Counted from the stretch's first letter, positions 46,400 through 57,451 are shown. The stretch: DNA of 62,094 bases from Alloascoidea hylecoeti (GCA_001600815.1 BCKZ01000010.1:556142-618235), one strand, 5' to 3'. Notes: a model not told the origin generated them from the sequence alone. Numbers and translations are program-made.

Positions 46400-47312
46400 T
46401 GATATGGGCTGAAATTTGGAAAGAAAGCAGTAACTTACTGGATAGAGTGGTTGAGGATTCTAAGCTGAAGAAAAGGGCCATCACGCGGTCATACCGTACA
46501 TAGAACTTCTGTAAAAAGCTTTTGATGAGGTTTCTGAGGGTCTCATATTCAAGCTGGATAACAGATTTGTTCATGAAGACGGAATCATGATGAATTAGAT
46601 GTGTGGGACATGTGGAACCTTCTTAAAAAAAGTTCATCATAAGGTTAGAATTGCGATTGTGAGCCTTCCACACGGTGTAGAAAAGAAAAAAGATCTATTT
46701 TTGAGTCGCTTTCAAAAGATTGAGCTGAAATGGAACAAGATATTATGGATAAGCTGATTAACTCCATACTTCATAATGTTAACGGCGCTAACACTAGTAC
46801 TAAATATCAAATTTAAAATAAAAGACTTATAAAATCTATATAATTTACCAAACCTTATGCACCATTGCAAGAACAATTTAAGGCATTGTAGAGTATTCAA
46901 TGGCTGGTTATGATATTACCATTTTCTTGGAGGGAGTCAGATATTTGATTTTCCACGACTGTTAATTATAACCCATACTTCTATTATGATCGATCATCGT
47001 CCAATTGCAACATGTATTGGAAATTTTGAAAGATCATATTTAAGTCAAGCATATTAGATTTTACATGTATTGAGAAGCCATCTAAATGGAACCCAAAAAA
47101 TTGATGGAAGATTAGATCCCTAAGAAAAGGGTTAAAGTGTATAAGGTACTATGATCATGATATACCACTTAGCTGATTATTTAGTAAGACAGTTTGTTGA
47201 AAGATGGGAATTCTGGATGAAAAAGTATGATGCATTATCTTCAATGGATAAATTGATCATAAACCCTCAATTGCGAGAGCTCAATAAAAAATTAAGTGAA
47301 TGGGAGATATAA
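46400..47312 (+). pseudogene. Degraded coding sequence, unidentified
   Basis: Successive protein-like fragments (WAEIWKESSNLLDRVVE; KAFDEVSEGLIFKLD; DELDVWDMWNLLKK; EMEQDIMDKLINSIL) broken by stops and frameshifts. Confidence 0.4.
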
Positions 47313-47632
47313 TAACTAATAACTATATAACAATGCTACATATAAGCTTGGACTTTGAATTATTATAAATAAATATCGGTTACGTTATGTCTCTCGATTG
47401 ATTATGCTGGCAATTAATCCTATATCAATATATAACCCCAATTGAAAGAAAAAATCACAACTGAATTCAAGTATGTTCATAAAAATGAATTATTTTCCTG
47501 AAACAAAGATACACGAAACCTCCATCGCCTTGGAAGTATCCATCAACACCGGGTAACTTTCAGGTGTACAGTACTAGGCTGGCACTTATTTCTTTTTTCA
47601 ACCACAAGTCTTAAAAGGTTCATGCCATAAAA

Positions 47633-48867
47633 ATGGATTTTATAGATGCTGAGAAGTTAAAATCTTTTGATGCTTTTCGTATGTCGGATTTAATAACTCC
47701 ATGTTATTCATTTTATTAGATACTAATTTTATCTTATATGGTTTTAGCCAAAGTTTCATCTAATTATTCCGTTAGGTCTACTCGTGGAGGAATGGTTACA
47801 ATACTATTAGGAATCATATCTGTTTTTTTTATATGGGTTCAATTAGGTAGTTATTTTGATGGTTATGAAGATCAAAAATTCTCAGTATTTGATTCTGTAC
47901 AACAAGTTGTTCAATTAAATGTTGATATAACAGTTGCAATCCCTTGCCAATATTTACATACTCATGTTTTTGATGCTACAAGAGATACACATGTTGCTTA
48001 TGAACTTTTGAAATATGAATCCGTAAGTAATTAATTATTCATTTACTATCTATCTAATTTTGAATTATATTCTAATAATATTGAAAAAAATAGACAAATT
48101 TTCCGGATAATAAAGCATATACAGAAATTCAAAAAGATTCAGAATCATTAAATAGTGTTTTAAAACGTGCTAAAAAATCAGATTTCAAAGCTCATGATCA
48201 ATCAAGAATTAAAAGTTTACAAGAAAGAACTGATTTTAGAAGAAAGAAGGATGAACCAGTTAATCCAGATGAAGCATCATCATGTAGAGTATTTGGTTCA
48301 ATAAATGTTAATCATGTTAAAGGAGATTTCCATATAACTGCAAAAGGTTATGGCTATAGAGATAGAATTTACACACCAAGAGAAGCATTAAATTTTACAC
48401 ATTATATTGATGAATTATCATTTGGAGAATATTATCCAAAATTAGAAAATCCATTAGATGAAACTGCTAAAAAATCAACTCATGATACAACTGCTTTTCA
48501 ATATTTTTTATCTATTGTACCAACAACTTATCATGGTTATACAAATAATCGTTTTATTCAAACAAATCAATATGCTGTTACTGAACAAACACGAGAATAT
48601 GCATTTAATGCTGGGGTACCAGGAATTTTCTTTAGATATGAATTTGAACCAATTGAATTAACAATTACAGATAAAAGAATGCCATTTTTACAATTTTTAG
48701 TTAGATTAGTTAATACTTTAGGTGGAATAACTGTGAGTATTGCTTGGTTATATCGATTATTTGATACATTTATTGTTAAAGTATTTGGAAAAAGATATCA
48801 AGGTGAAGTTGAAGAAAAGGGGGGATTATTAGATATTTCGAGACATAAAGGTGTAATGAATATATAA
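47633..48867 (+). CDS. ERV41: ER-Golgi vesicle protein Erv41; exons 47633-47678, 47748-48022 and 48094-48867
   Basis: Introns 47679-47747 (GTATGT..TACTAAT..TAG) and 48023-48093 (GTAAGT..TTCTAAT..TAG). Splicing gives 'LKSFDAFPK...STRGG', 'NVDITVAIPC', 'CRVFGSINVNHVKGDFHITAKG' and 'PGIFFRYEFEPI'. Confidence 0.93.
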
Positions 48868-49431
48868 ACTAAATTTTTTATAAAAATAGCGAGCACAGCC
48901 AACATGAATATATTAAACCATCTCATTAGTATTTAACTAGCACTACCACTACCACTACTATAGTAACTGTCAGAATGAACCTAAAATATGAATTAGTATA
49001 AGAAGAAAACTCTATTTTATTATATACAAATCTGTTAACCAATTCTTAAAATTCAACGTATATCCATTTCTTTACAAATATATAAAGAAGTCTTAAATAT
49101 TCATGAGAAAATCATCATATTGTATTTAAACGATTAAATTGATGAAATGAACAATGGGATTAGAGAAAAAAATACTCAAAAATCAAAGGGGATGATGAAT
49201 ATTTAAACGATTAAAAAAATTGTAATTTATAATTATAATTAGTTTAGCATAATTATATATACCGTATATGAAAGCATTATTTTTATAATCATTGATTAAT
49301 ACACATTGTATTTACTATTTAGGCTATAGACACTATTAAATAGTGACAAGGAGGGTTCTAGATCCAAGTAGAAAGTATGTTGGTTGTATATTAACCCGTA
49401 AATTTGTGATTTACTAAAAGTAGTTACAGAC

Positions 49432-49932
49432 ATATCATTCATCTTAATAACAATAAAGATTCCAACTCCAATAACTGGACTCCATTATGCATCATTCAAC
49501 TGCAAATCTTCAACAAATATATCAACAACAACCAATAATCACAATTTGAAAACTCAATTCAATATCATTGAATCAAATCCTCTTGTAGTTTTAAATTTAT
49601 ATGCATAGTCATTTTAGTTGGATTAAAATCAAATAATATAATGAAAAAATCACATATACAAGGCAAGGACATTTAAAAAATTTCATCAAGTATTGATATA
49701 AATAATTCAAATTCAAATTTAACTATTAAAAATCATAATAATAATAATGATGATGATATTGAAATGGATGAGAACATTGATACTAATAGCACAATGGTAC
49801 GTGAAAGTGTTAATTTGAATAGTTTAAGAGGAAGAATTAGAGATGATTGAATAATTACCCTGTGTATATACAGTGTGTGAAAAAAATAAAGAGAAACATT
49901 TAACAAATACATGTATCTAATTATAAGATATA
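49432..49932 (+). pseudogene. Inverted, heavily deleted copy of the DYRK kinase gene and its 3' flank
   Basis: Ordered blocks match the kinase N-tail (STANL, STNIS, NNHNLKT), the 'SIPLN..EVLDLY' region and the C-tail (GLKSNN..KSHIQG..SSSIDINNSNSNLT..DDDIEM..DENIDTN..LRGRIR). AAAGAGAAACATTTAACAAATA matches the reverse complement of ~32955-32976. The kinase domain is absent. Confidence 0.93.
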
Positions 49933-50120
49933 CTGTAGATTCCCAAAACATCACTATAACACACATTAACCCTTTAATACTATTTATATATCGTACAATT
50001 TGAGTATGTATATATATACACTGTAATATCAATCTCGAAAAGTTATGAACATGCATATGCATATGCGTAGTAGCTGGTTTTGGCGAACTACATATTTACG
50101 ATGGACCTCTAAAAATATAA
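49931..50120 (+). repeat. Dispersed ~200-bp segment, copy B (copy A at 18201..18399)
   Basis: Same ordered blocks as copy A; directly fused to the end of the kinase relic. Confidence 0.85.
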
Positions 50121-51139
50121 TGTAACCAGTATATCATATAAGTTATAAGTATACTATATCAATTATAATTATTATTGCAAATTTGGAGTAGTACTATTAC
50201 AATTGCAAGTAGATATGGCAAATATCATTGTTAGTGAATGAATATAAGTAAGTTATATATTGATAAGTTTAAGATATAATTATAAAAAATAAAGAAAAAA
50301 AAGAACCATCGAACAATCATAACTTAAACCGTTCAACTTAAACAACAATTCTACATATAGGTTTCACCCCTTTCTCCTTTTAAAAATCTAAACTGATAAA
50401 GCTCTCACCTCTATGCATATACGTAGTTATAAAAAATTTTGTTACCTTTATAATTATATAATCAAAACATATACCGAACTTTCATAATGAATTTATTTAA
50501 AATTAAGGTTGACCTCCACCGAGCTAAACAGGTGGTTGTTGAATTAAACATCGTTTACTGAAATTGTGAACTATAACATTAATGGAATACCTATTATAAA
50601 ATTTTATGATGTCTAGATATATAGGAATGTTTATATTTCACATTTATAATTAAATTTCCATTAAATTTTAAAAACGTACAATTTATAGCTTATATTTCAA
50701 CTATTACCAATATTTACAAGGTGTTGTTCTAGTACTATTATTAAGCACTAGTTTGAGTGAAATGTTCCAGCTTAAATTTTTTAGATAATTCATCACATCT
50801 AGAATATAACTCTTTCTTCAATTTACCATTCCGATAAGATCCTTCTTTATGTTGGGCATAATTTAATTTTTTGTAACATAATATATTTCATTTTTTTAGC
50901 AATGCTAGTATTTATAGAAATAGTTTTCCAATATTCGTTAAAACAGTTTGAGAATTTTCGGTTAAAGTTTTTACCGTTTATAGTTTTGGTGTTGATTCAA
51001 GAACTGAAAAATCCTTTTTATTCCTAATCTTTCCTTTAATCCTATTCTTGAATATCTAGATGTAGAAAAAGAAAGTCTGAACATCAATCGGAATTTTGAG
51101 TGTTTTTTCCTTCCAATCATTTATATATTTTTTGTTTTA

Positions 51140-51649
51140 ATTTAAATTTGATGTTGAAAGCTTGAAAAATATAAAACAAGAACAACTAAGGTCTTTAAAA
51201 GCCGACATAAATGATTTGAATGAAGGGAGCAAAACTCAGGACCGCCAAATAAAACAACTGTCAGAAAGTCATGAGATATTGACTGAGAGAAATAAGGCCT
51301 CTAAACTGCAAATCTACTAACATCTAAAAACTTGAAAATGAGATAAAACTAACCAACAAGAACTGATTTTATTGAACAATAAAGGCGAAAAATTGGTCAA
51401 AGCGATTTATTATTATCCCACCTATCCCAATTGTTTATTATTAATTTATAATCATAGCTAAATCTATTAAAACTAATTCTGATTCCAACCCCCTGTAAGA
51501 GTCAAGTCGTGCAAGTGCTGGTGTGGATGATTAATTCATGGATTAATCATTTACTTGGAAAAAAATTGGAAAAAATAACAGAAGAGGAATTCGATAAATA
51601 TTTGGATAGATTAATTGAAAAGAGGATAAAAGAAGTATTTAGGAAATGA
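51140..51649 (+). pseudogene. Degraded coiled-coil coding relic
   Basis: Fragments KFDVESLKNIKQEQLRSLKADINDLNE... and WINHLLGKKLEKITEEEFDKYLDRLIEKRIKEVFRK*, separated by stops. Confidence 0.35.
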
Positions 51650-51808
51650 AACAAATTAATGATTAAAAATTGTAATTTAGTAATATCAAGCTTAATAGCA
51701 TAATTTGTATTTAATTATATATGATTCTTCTTGATTCAGAGTTATGGATCGTCAAATTAGTAAATCATTAACTAACTTATATAAAATGAAAATATCTTAT
51801 AAAATATA

Positions 51809-54265
51809 TTATTGCTTATCAATTTTTCCTTTAATTTGCCATGATTTTCTAATATAATGCCAAAATATTGCATCAGCAAAATTCCATTTTTCAGCATCAA
51901 CTAAGATTTCTGTTTCTTCATTAATACTACTTTCAGTCATATAAATATCATTTTCTAAGACATTCAAAACATTTGATCTCATTTTTGATAATTCTTCAGT
52001 TAATGAATCTGAAGGAGGTAAAGGTCTTGGTTTAAATCTATCTAAATTTGATCTTTTTTCATTTGTTGTAGTAGGAGTATTAGTAATAACTTGATAATTA
52101 TTAATATTTATATCATTTAATAAAATATCATTTTTAAAATTAAAATCTTTATTTGGTATACCAAATAAATTATTAAATTCTTCTTCATTAACATTTAAAT
52201 CAAATTCAATACCTAATTCCCATTCTAATTTACCTAAAATTTCATTAATTTTTTCAAAATTAACTAAATCTTCCCAATTAAACCATAAAAATTTAAAATC
52301 ATTTTTATTTCCATTTTCATTTCCATTTCCATTTAAATTTTCATTTAAATTTTCATTTTTTAATTGATTTAATAAATGTTTTAATCTAATATTGCCAGTA
52401 ATGAAAATTTGTGGTATATATTCTTTTAATAAATTAAATAATATTGGATTTTGTATACTTTGAAACCGAACTTGTCTTTGATCAATATGACTTGATTTAA
52501 TTTTTGAAGTTATTTGATTCATTGGATGTGGAATTGATGAAAGAATTAAACTTTTATCATTATTTTTATTGGCTGGTTCTATTAATTCATTGACATTTTT
52601 AAGTTGGAGCGTTGGTGGAATAGATTGATATAAGGATATTATTGGAGTTTTGGGGATACCATTACAAATCGTATTTATATAATCTTTTAATTCATTATTG
52701 ATTTGATTGATATCAGGTTTTGATTCCTGTTCAGAGTCAGATTTTGATTCAGATTCAGGTTTTAATTCAGATTCAGGTTTTGATTCCGGCTCTGATTTTG
52801 ATTCATCTCTTTTCAAAAGAGGTTTATCAAGTATTGGAGTATCTTTATCATTATTTTCTGTTGATTCTGATGTATCAAGTTTTTCTTGTGTCTTCCCACT
52901 AATTATCCCTTGAATATGATTTAAATATTCATTAATAGGTAAACACCACATATTTAATTCATCATCATTTTCTCGTTTTTTAACACCATTAATTAATCTT
53001 TTTGCAATTTCAATAGTACCTCTTGCAAATATATGGCCATCATTAGTTTCAATTGGTTCAATTATATCAATACCTTTCTCATAATATTTTAAAAATTCCC
53101 AATTTAATAATGTTCTAATATATTGTGGTATATTTGAAAATTTAATTTCTTTTTGATAAATTAATGATAAAGTTTTTGGTGTAAATTCAGCAAAAGTTTC
53201 ATAAATATTAACTAAATTTAATTCATTTTCATTATCTTTATCATTATTAATTTTATAATTTTCAATTTTTAAAAATAAATCTTTTAATTCTTTAAATGAA
53301 TTAATATTTGTTGTTTTTAAAATTAAATTAATTAAATTTTCTAAAGATTTAAAATCAGAGATTAAAAATTTATAATCAAAATTAAATTCATTATAATTAT
53401 TATCATCATTAAATTTATAAATTTTATTAAATTTTGAATTTCTTAAATTTTCAAAAATTGTTAAATTATAATCTCTTGATATTGGAAATATGTTATAATT
53501 TAAAAATATAGAATTTTCATTTTCATTTTCATTTTTTTTATTATTTAATTCATCATACCATAAAAATAATATTTTAACATTTTCTAAAATTAATTCAATT
53601 TCTTTTTGATTACCTTTTTCATCTTTATTATTATTAATTTTTTTTAAAAATTGAGATTCCCATTTTTTAAATTTATTTATATTTAAATTTGTATTTTTCT
53701 TTTTACCAGTAATAATAATTGGATTAAAACCTAAACTCCATATTTTTTTACTCCATAACATTATTAATTCACCATTTGTTTTTTTATCATCATTTGATAA
53801 AGTTGAAATTAAATCAGAATTAATAAATGTATAAACTGATCTTCTTTTATTGTTGTTATTATTATTATTTGTAAAAGATGTATAATCTAAAATTTTATTA
53901 ACATTTTCTGATATTGATTTATCTAATTCAACTGTAAAACCCTTTATATCTTCAATTTCATTTTGATTTTCTTCTAAATTTGATCGAAAAGGAATTAGAC
54001 GTAATTGATTTAATATATCCCATTTTGAATGAGATTCTTGGAAATTTAAGCCAGGACGTAATCTATTTAAACCACTTCCTTTAGATGATGTTGAAGTCCA
54101 TGAAGGCCAAAAATCTTGTTCTAAATCAAGTTGTAAATTCTTTAAATTTATATCAATATCATTTTGTGAAATTGAGAATGTTACGATTAAAGAAACTAAT
54201 AAAATCAATAAAACAATAATATGAATAATTTTATTTCTAAGAAACCTATGACTTAAACACCCCAT
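51809..54265 (-). CDS. Type II membrane protein of unknown function
   Basis: 818-aa ORF with an N-terminal TM (IIHIIVLLILLVSLIVTF), conserved-looking 'LIMLWSKKIWSLGFNP' and 'EKWNFAD' segments, and an internal ESKP/ESE repeat at ~52715-52805. Confidence 0.85.
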   Translation of the reverse strand: MGCLSHRFLRNKIIHIIVLLILLVSLIVTFSISQNDIDINLKNLQLDLEQDFWPSWTSTSSKGSGLNRLRPGLNFQESHSKWDILNQLRLIPFRSNLEENQNEIEDIKGFTVELDKSISENVNKILDYTSFTNNNNNNNKRRSVYTFINSDLISTLSNDDKKTNGELIMLWSKKIWSLGFNPIIITGKKKNTNLNINKFKKWESQFLKKINNNKDEKGNQKEIELILENVKILFLWYDELNNKKNENENENSIFLNYNIFPISRDYNLTIFENLRNSKFNKIYKFNDDNNYNEFNFDYKFLISDFKSLENLINLILKTTNINSFKELKDLFLKIENYKINNDKDNENELNLVNIYETFAEFTPKTLSLIYQKEIKFSNIPQYIRTLLNWEFLKYYEKGIDIIEPIETNDGHIFARGTIEIAKRLINGVKKRENDDELNMWCLPINEYLNHIQGIISGKTQEKLDTSESTENNDKDTPILDKPLLKRDESKSEPESKPESELKPESESKSDSEQESKPDINQINNELKDYINTICNGIPKTPIISLYQSIPPTLQLKNVNELIEPANKNNDKSLILSSIPHPMNQITSKIKSSHIDQRQVRFQSIQNPILFNLLKEYIPQIFITGNIRLKHLLNQLKNENLNENLNGNGNENGNKNDFKFLWFNWEDLVNFEKINEILGKLEWELGIEFDLNVNEEEFNNLFGIPNKDFNFKNDILLNDININNYQVITNTPTTTNEKRSNLDRFKPRPLPPSDSLTEELSKMRSNVLNVLENDIYMTESSINEETEILVDAEKWNFADAIFWHYIRKSWQIKGKIDKQ

Positions 54266-54464
54266 AATATAAATATTGATATATCATACGAAAATGAAAA
54301 TGAAAATGAAAATGAAAATGAATAAGAAAAAGTAAAAAGAAGAGAAGAAAGTGAGTAGTATGTTATTTTGCAAAGCCTAGTAATTATTATCATCACGTGG
54401 GGGATGTTATTGATTTAAAATTTAAATTTGACTGTTTTTGACAGTATCAATCATAATAACATCC

Positions 54465-55237
54465 ATGGAAACTGAAAATCAGTGTTACTACTCCATCAAA
54501 ACTGATAGGCATCATGCCAGAGATGCCATAAAAGGTATATAAGTCACAATTATAGTGTATGATGTTCGTTTCTAATGATAGTTTGTAGGAGTATTATCAA
54601 CAATATTTTTCCATAGATTATTTGGTCCGATTGAGGCAACGACAAAAGAGTTCTTAGCAATACCATATCCAGTTGCAATTGTGAATAATCCTGAAGATTC
54701 AACTTCAAATCAATTAAATACTTTGATTGATAATAAGATTGCAAAGCTATTAGCATTAATTGATTCCGATTCTCCTTCACCATCAGATGATGATTTTACA
54801 ATATTAAATTCAGGTTATAACAGTAGTGGGAGACATGACAATGACAATGAAGATGAAAAAGATGATGCTAATCATGATGAAACATCAGCAATGATAATAG
54901 TTGAATTTTTAGATCGAAAAACAATAAAAAGAAATACTTTAACTTGGTTTGGTAAAACAGAAGAAGATATTCTTTGGGAATCCTGGAATATAAATGTAAC
55001 AGTTGTTCAAAATATGGAGAAAAAAGGTAAGTTTATTTCATTTTATTCTATTTTATTTCACTTCATTACGAATATTAATCATATACATAAATAGATATGG
55101 CAGCACATTTTAGGAAAACGATTCTTGAGATTGTAGAAATGGCAAATCTTTATAAAGATCATATACCACAAATTACAAAGAAAGGAGCATCACCATTTAT
55201 TTATCATATTAACGTTCAAAAAGGGATTCCTCAATAA
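54465..55237 (+). CDS. ATG101: Autophagy protein Atg101; exons 54465-54534, 54589-55026 and 55095-55237
   Basis: Introns 54535-54588 (GTATAT..TTCTAAT..TAG) and 55027-55094 (GTAAGT..TAG). Splicing gives 'GVLSTIFFHRLFG', the WF finger 'TWFG', 'WESWNI' and C-terminal 'KDHIPQIT...PF.Y.I'. Confidence 0.88.
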
Positions 55238-55326
55238 TTTCATGTATTATATATTTATTTATTTATTTATTTCAAAATGCTTCAAATATATTTTGTTTGT
55301 GATTTATAGTATAATTTATTTTATAA

Positions 55327-55758
55327 TTACAATTTAGCCATTAAACCATCTCCTTCTACTAAAATGCAATGATCATTTGCAATAACACAATTAATCCCAG
55401 CATTTTTTGCCTTTTCAACTATTTGAGAATCATAAGCACCGGGTTGAAACCAAATTCCAACAACCTCAATTTTGTTTGTGATTTCACTACTTTTTAGTTT
55501 AACGATTTCATCAATTAACTGGGAAGAAACATGCGGAGGAGTGATAACACTGATGCTTAGTTTATTGGCATTTTTGTCTTTAGCTAACGAAGTCACTAGC
55601 TGGGTAATGGATTTTGTGTCACCTTTTGGGTTGATCGGTGTTACAGGCAAAGAACGGTCTGAGTACCATTTCATCACTTTGTAGCCGAACTTTGTGGGGT
55701 TTGAAGAGGCTCCGACGACGGCGAAACGAGAAGTGTTGAAGAACGGAACGAGACTCAT
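55327..55758 (-). CDS. CoA-binding Rossmann protein (YccU-like)
   Basis: 'FAVVGASSNPTKFG', 'VTPINPK', 'IWFQPGA' and 'CILV'. Confidence 0.88.
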   Translation of the reverse strand: MSLVPFFNTSRFAVVGASSNPTKFGYKVMKWYSDRSLPVTPINPKGDTKSITQLVTSLAKDKNANKLSISVITPPHVSSQLIDEIVKLKSSEITNKIEVVGIWFQPGAYDSQIVEKAKNAGINCVIANDHCILVEGDGLMAKL

Positions 55759-56098
55759 TTGTTGATTTGCGATGTATCTTGGTGAATAGAAAAACAGCAG
55801 TAGAAGAAATACGTCCGCACCCCACTAGGATACCTTCATATTCGCACGGAAGGGGACGGACATTCGCGGGCGGATATGGCGGATATTGGCCAGGCTGGCG
55901 GGGCTATTCGCACGCACGGCACGCACGCAAATGGCACGCTACGGGTGAAACTACAGGCGTTTGGTCAAATCCCAGAGACGAATGGAAGTTTTAAAATAGC
56001 ATTCTTTAAAATTTGTTTACCCCTGGAAACAAAACAAAACAAAACAAACCTCCAAATTGTTTAGAAATTAGATAATTTGAATAATTGGAAGCAAAAAC

Positions 56099-57451
56099 AT
56101 GGGAAACTGCTTCTCATCTCCTGCTGAACCCGCAGAGGGGAAAACCCTCACTTCCATCAATAGAACCGACAGTTCCAGAACCCCCAGCACTGGCGCAAAC
56201 ACAAATTTAAGTGTTCCGAATGCCCAGAAGCAAAGAAAATACAATGAGTTATCTCCAAACTACGCTTCGTCCTCTCATGGAAGCAGTCTGCTACTTCCCG
56301 GGACAACCTCGAGAAGGGGAAGTGCTGGCTCTGTCCCCATCGAACAAGCCTTGGCATCCTCCACTGCTTGCCCATTGGATTCCCCACTCGATTCTCCCCA
56401 GGATACTCCCCCGGACACCCTTAACAACAACGATGAGCCGGAGAATAAAGATAAAAAAAAAGATGTCAAAATATTATTATTAGGTTCCGGTGAAAGTGGT
56501 AAATCGACAATAGTTAAACAAATGAAAATAATCCATCAAAATGGTTTTAGTGAAAATGAAAGATTAATTCAAAAACCGATAATATTTAAAAATTTAATAG
56601 GTTGTGCTCAATCAATAGCAAATGCTCTTATACAATTTAAAATACCTTTAGAATCTGATCCCGACATTTTTAACCAACAAGATTTAATAACTATAATAAA
56701 TTCAGAAGTTCCTGTAAATAATGAAGAACCTACAAATATTACTTTTGATTTAAATTTAACTAAAAAGATAAAATCAATGTGGAATGATAAATCTATTAAA
56801 AAATTATTAACTGATCATAGATCTTCTTTTTATTTAATGGATTCTGCTTCCTATTTCTTTGAAAATATTGATAGAATTTCAGAATTAAATTATATACCAA
56901 ATTCAAATGATTTATTAAGAGCAAGAAATACAACAACTGGTATAATTGAAACAAAATTTCAAATGGGCAAATTTAATATTCATATGTTTGATATTGGTGG
57001 TCAAAGAAGTGAAAGACGTAAATGGATTCATACTTTTGATAATGTTTCTGTTATAATATTTTGTGTTGCAATAAGTGAATATGATCAAGTTTTATTAGAA
57101 GAAAAATCTCAAAATAGAATGGTTGAAAGTTTAATACTATTTAAATCAATTGTTAATAGTCGTTGGTTTCAAAGAACTGCAATTGTTTTATTTTTAAATA
57201 AAATTGATATATTTACTGAAAAATTAAAAGATGTTCCTTTGGAAAATTATTTCCCAAATTATACTGGTGGTAATGATATTCATAAAGCAACTAAATATAT
57301 CTTATGGTTATTCACTCAATGTAATCAATCTGGTGTTGCTATATATCCTCATATTACACAAGCAACTGATACTTCAAATATTAAAGTGGTTTTTACAGCG
57401 GTTCAAGAACGTATATTAACAAAATCTTTAGAAGAATCTGGAATCTTATAA
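56099..57451 (+). CDS. GPA2: Heterotrimeric G-protein alpha subunit, Gpa2 type
   Basis: MGNC acylation site, long N-terminal extension, 'LLLGSGESGKSTIVKQMKIIHQNGF', 'DIGGQRSERRKWIH', 'FLNKID', 'TQATDT' and C-terminal 'SGIL'. Confidence 0.93.
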   Translation: MGNCFSSPAEPAEGKTLTSINRTDSSRTPSTGANTNLSVPNAQKQRKYNELSPNYASSSHGSSLLLPGTTSRRGSAGSVPIEQALASSTACPLDSPLDSPQDTPPDTLNNNDEPENKDKKKDVKILLLGSGESGKSTIVKQMKIIHQNGFSENERLIQKPIIFKNLIGCAQSIANALIQFKIPLESDPDIFNQQDLITIINSEVPVNNEEPTNITFDLNLTKKIKSMWNDKSIKKLLTDHRSSFYLMDSASYFFENIDRISELNYIPNSNDLLRARNTTTGIIETKFQMGKFNIHMFDIGGQRSERRKWIHTFDNVSVIIFCVAISEYDQVLLEEKSQNRMVESLILFKSIVNSRWFQRTAIVLFLNKIDIFTEKLKDVPLENYFPNYTGGNDIHKATKYILWLFTQCNQSGVAIYPHITQATDTSNIKVVFTAVQERILTKSLEESGIL

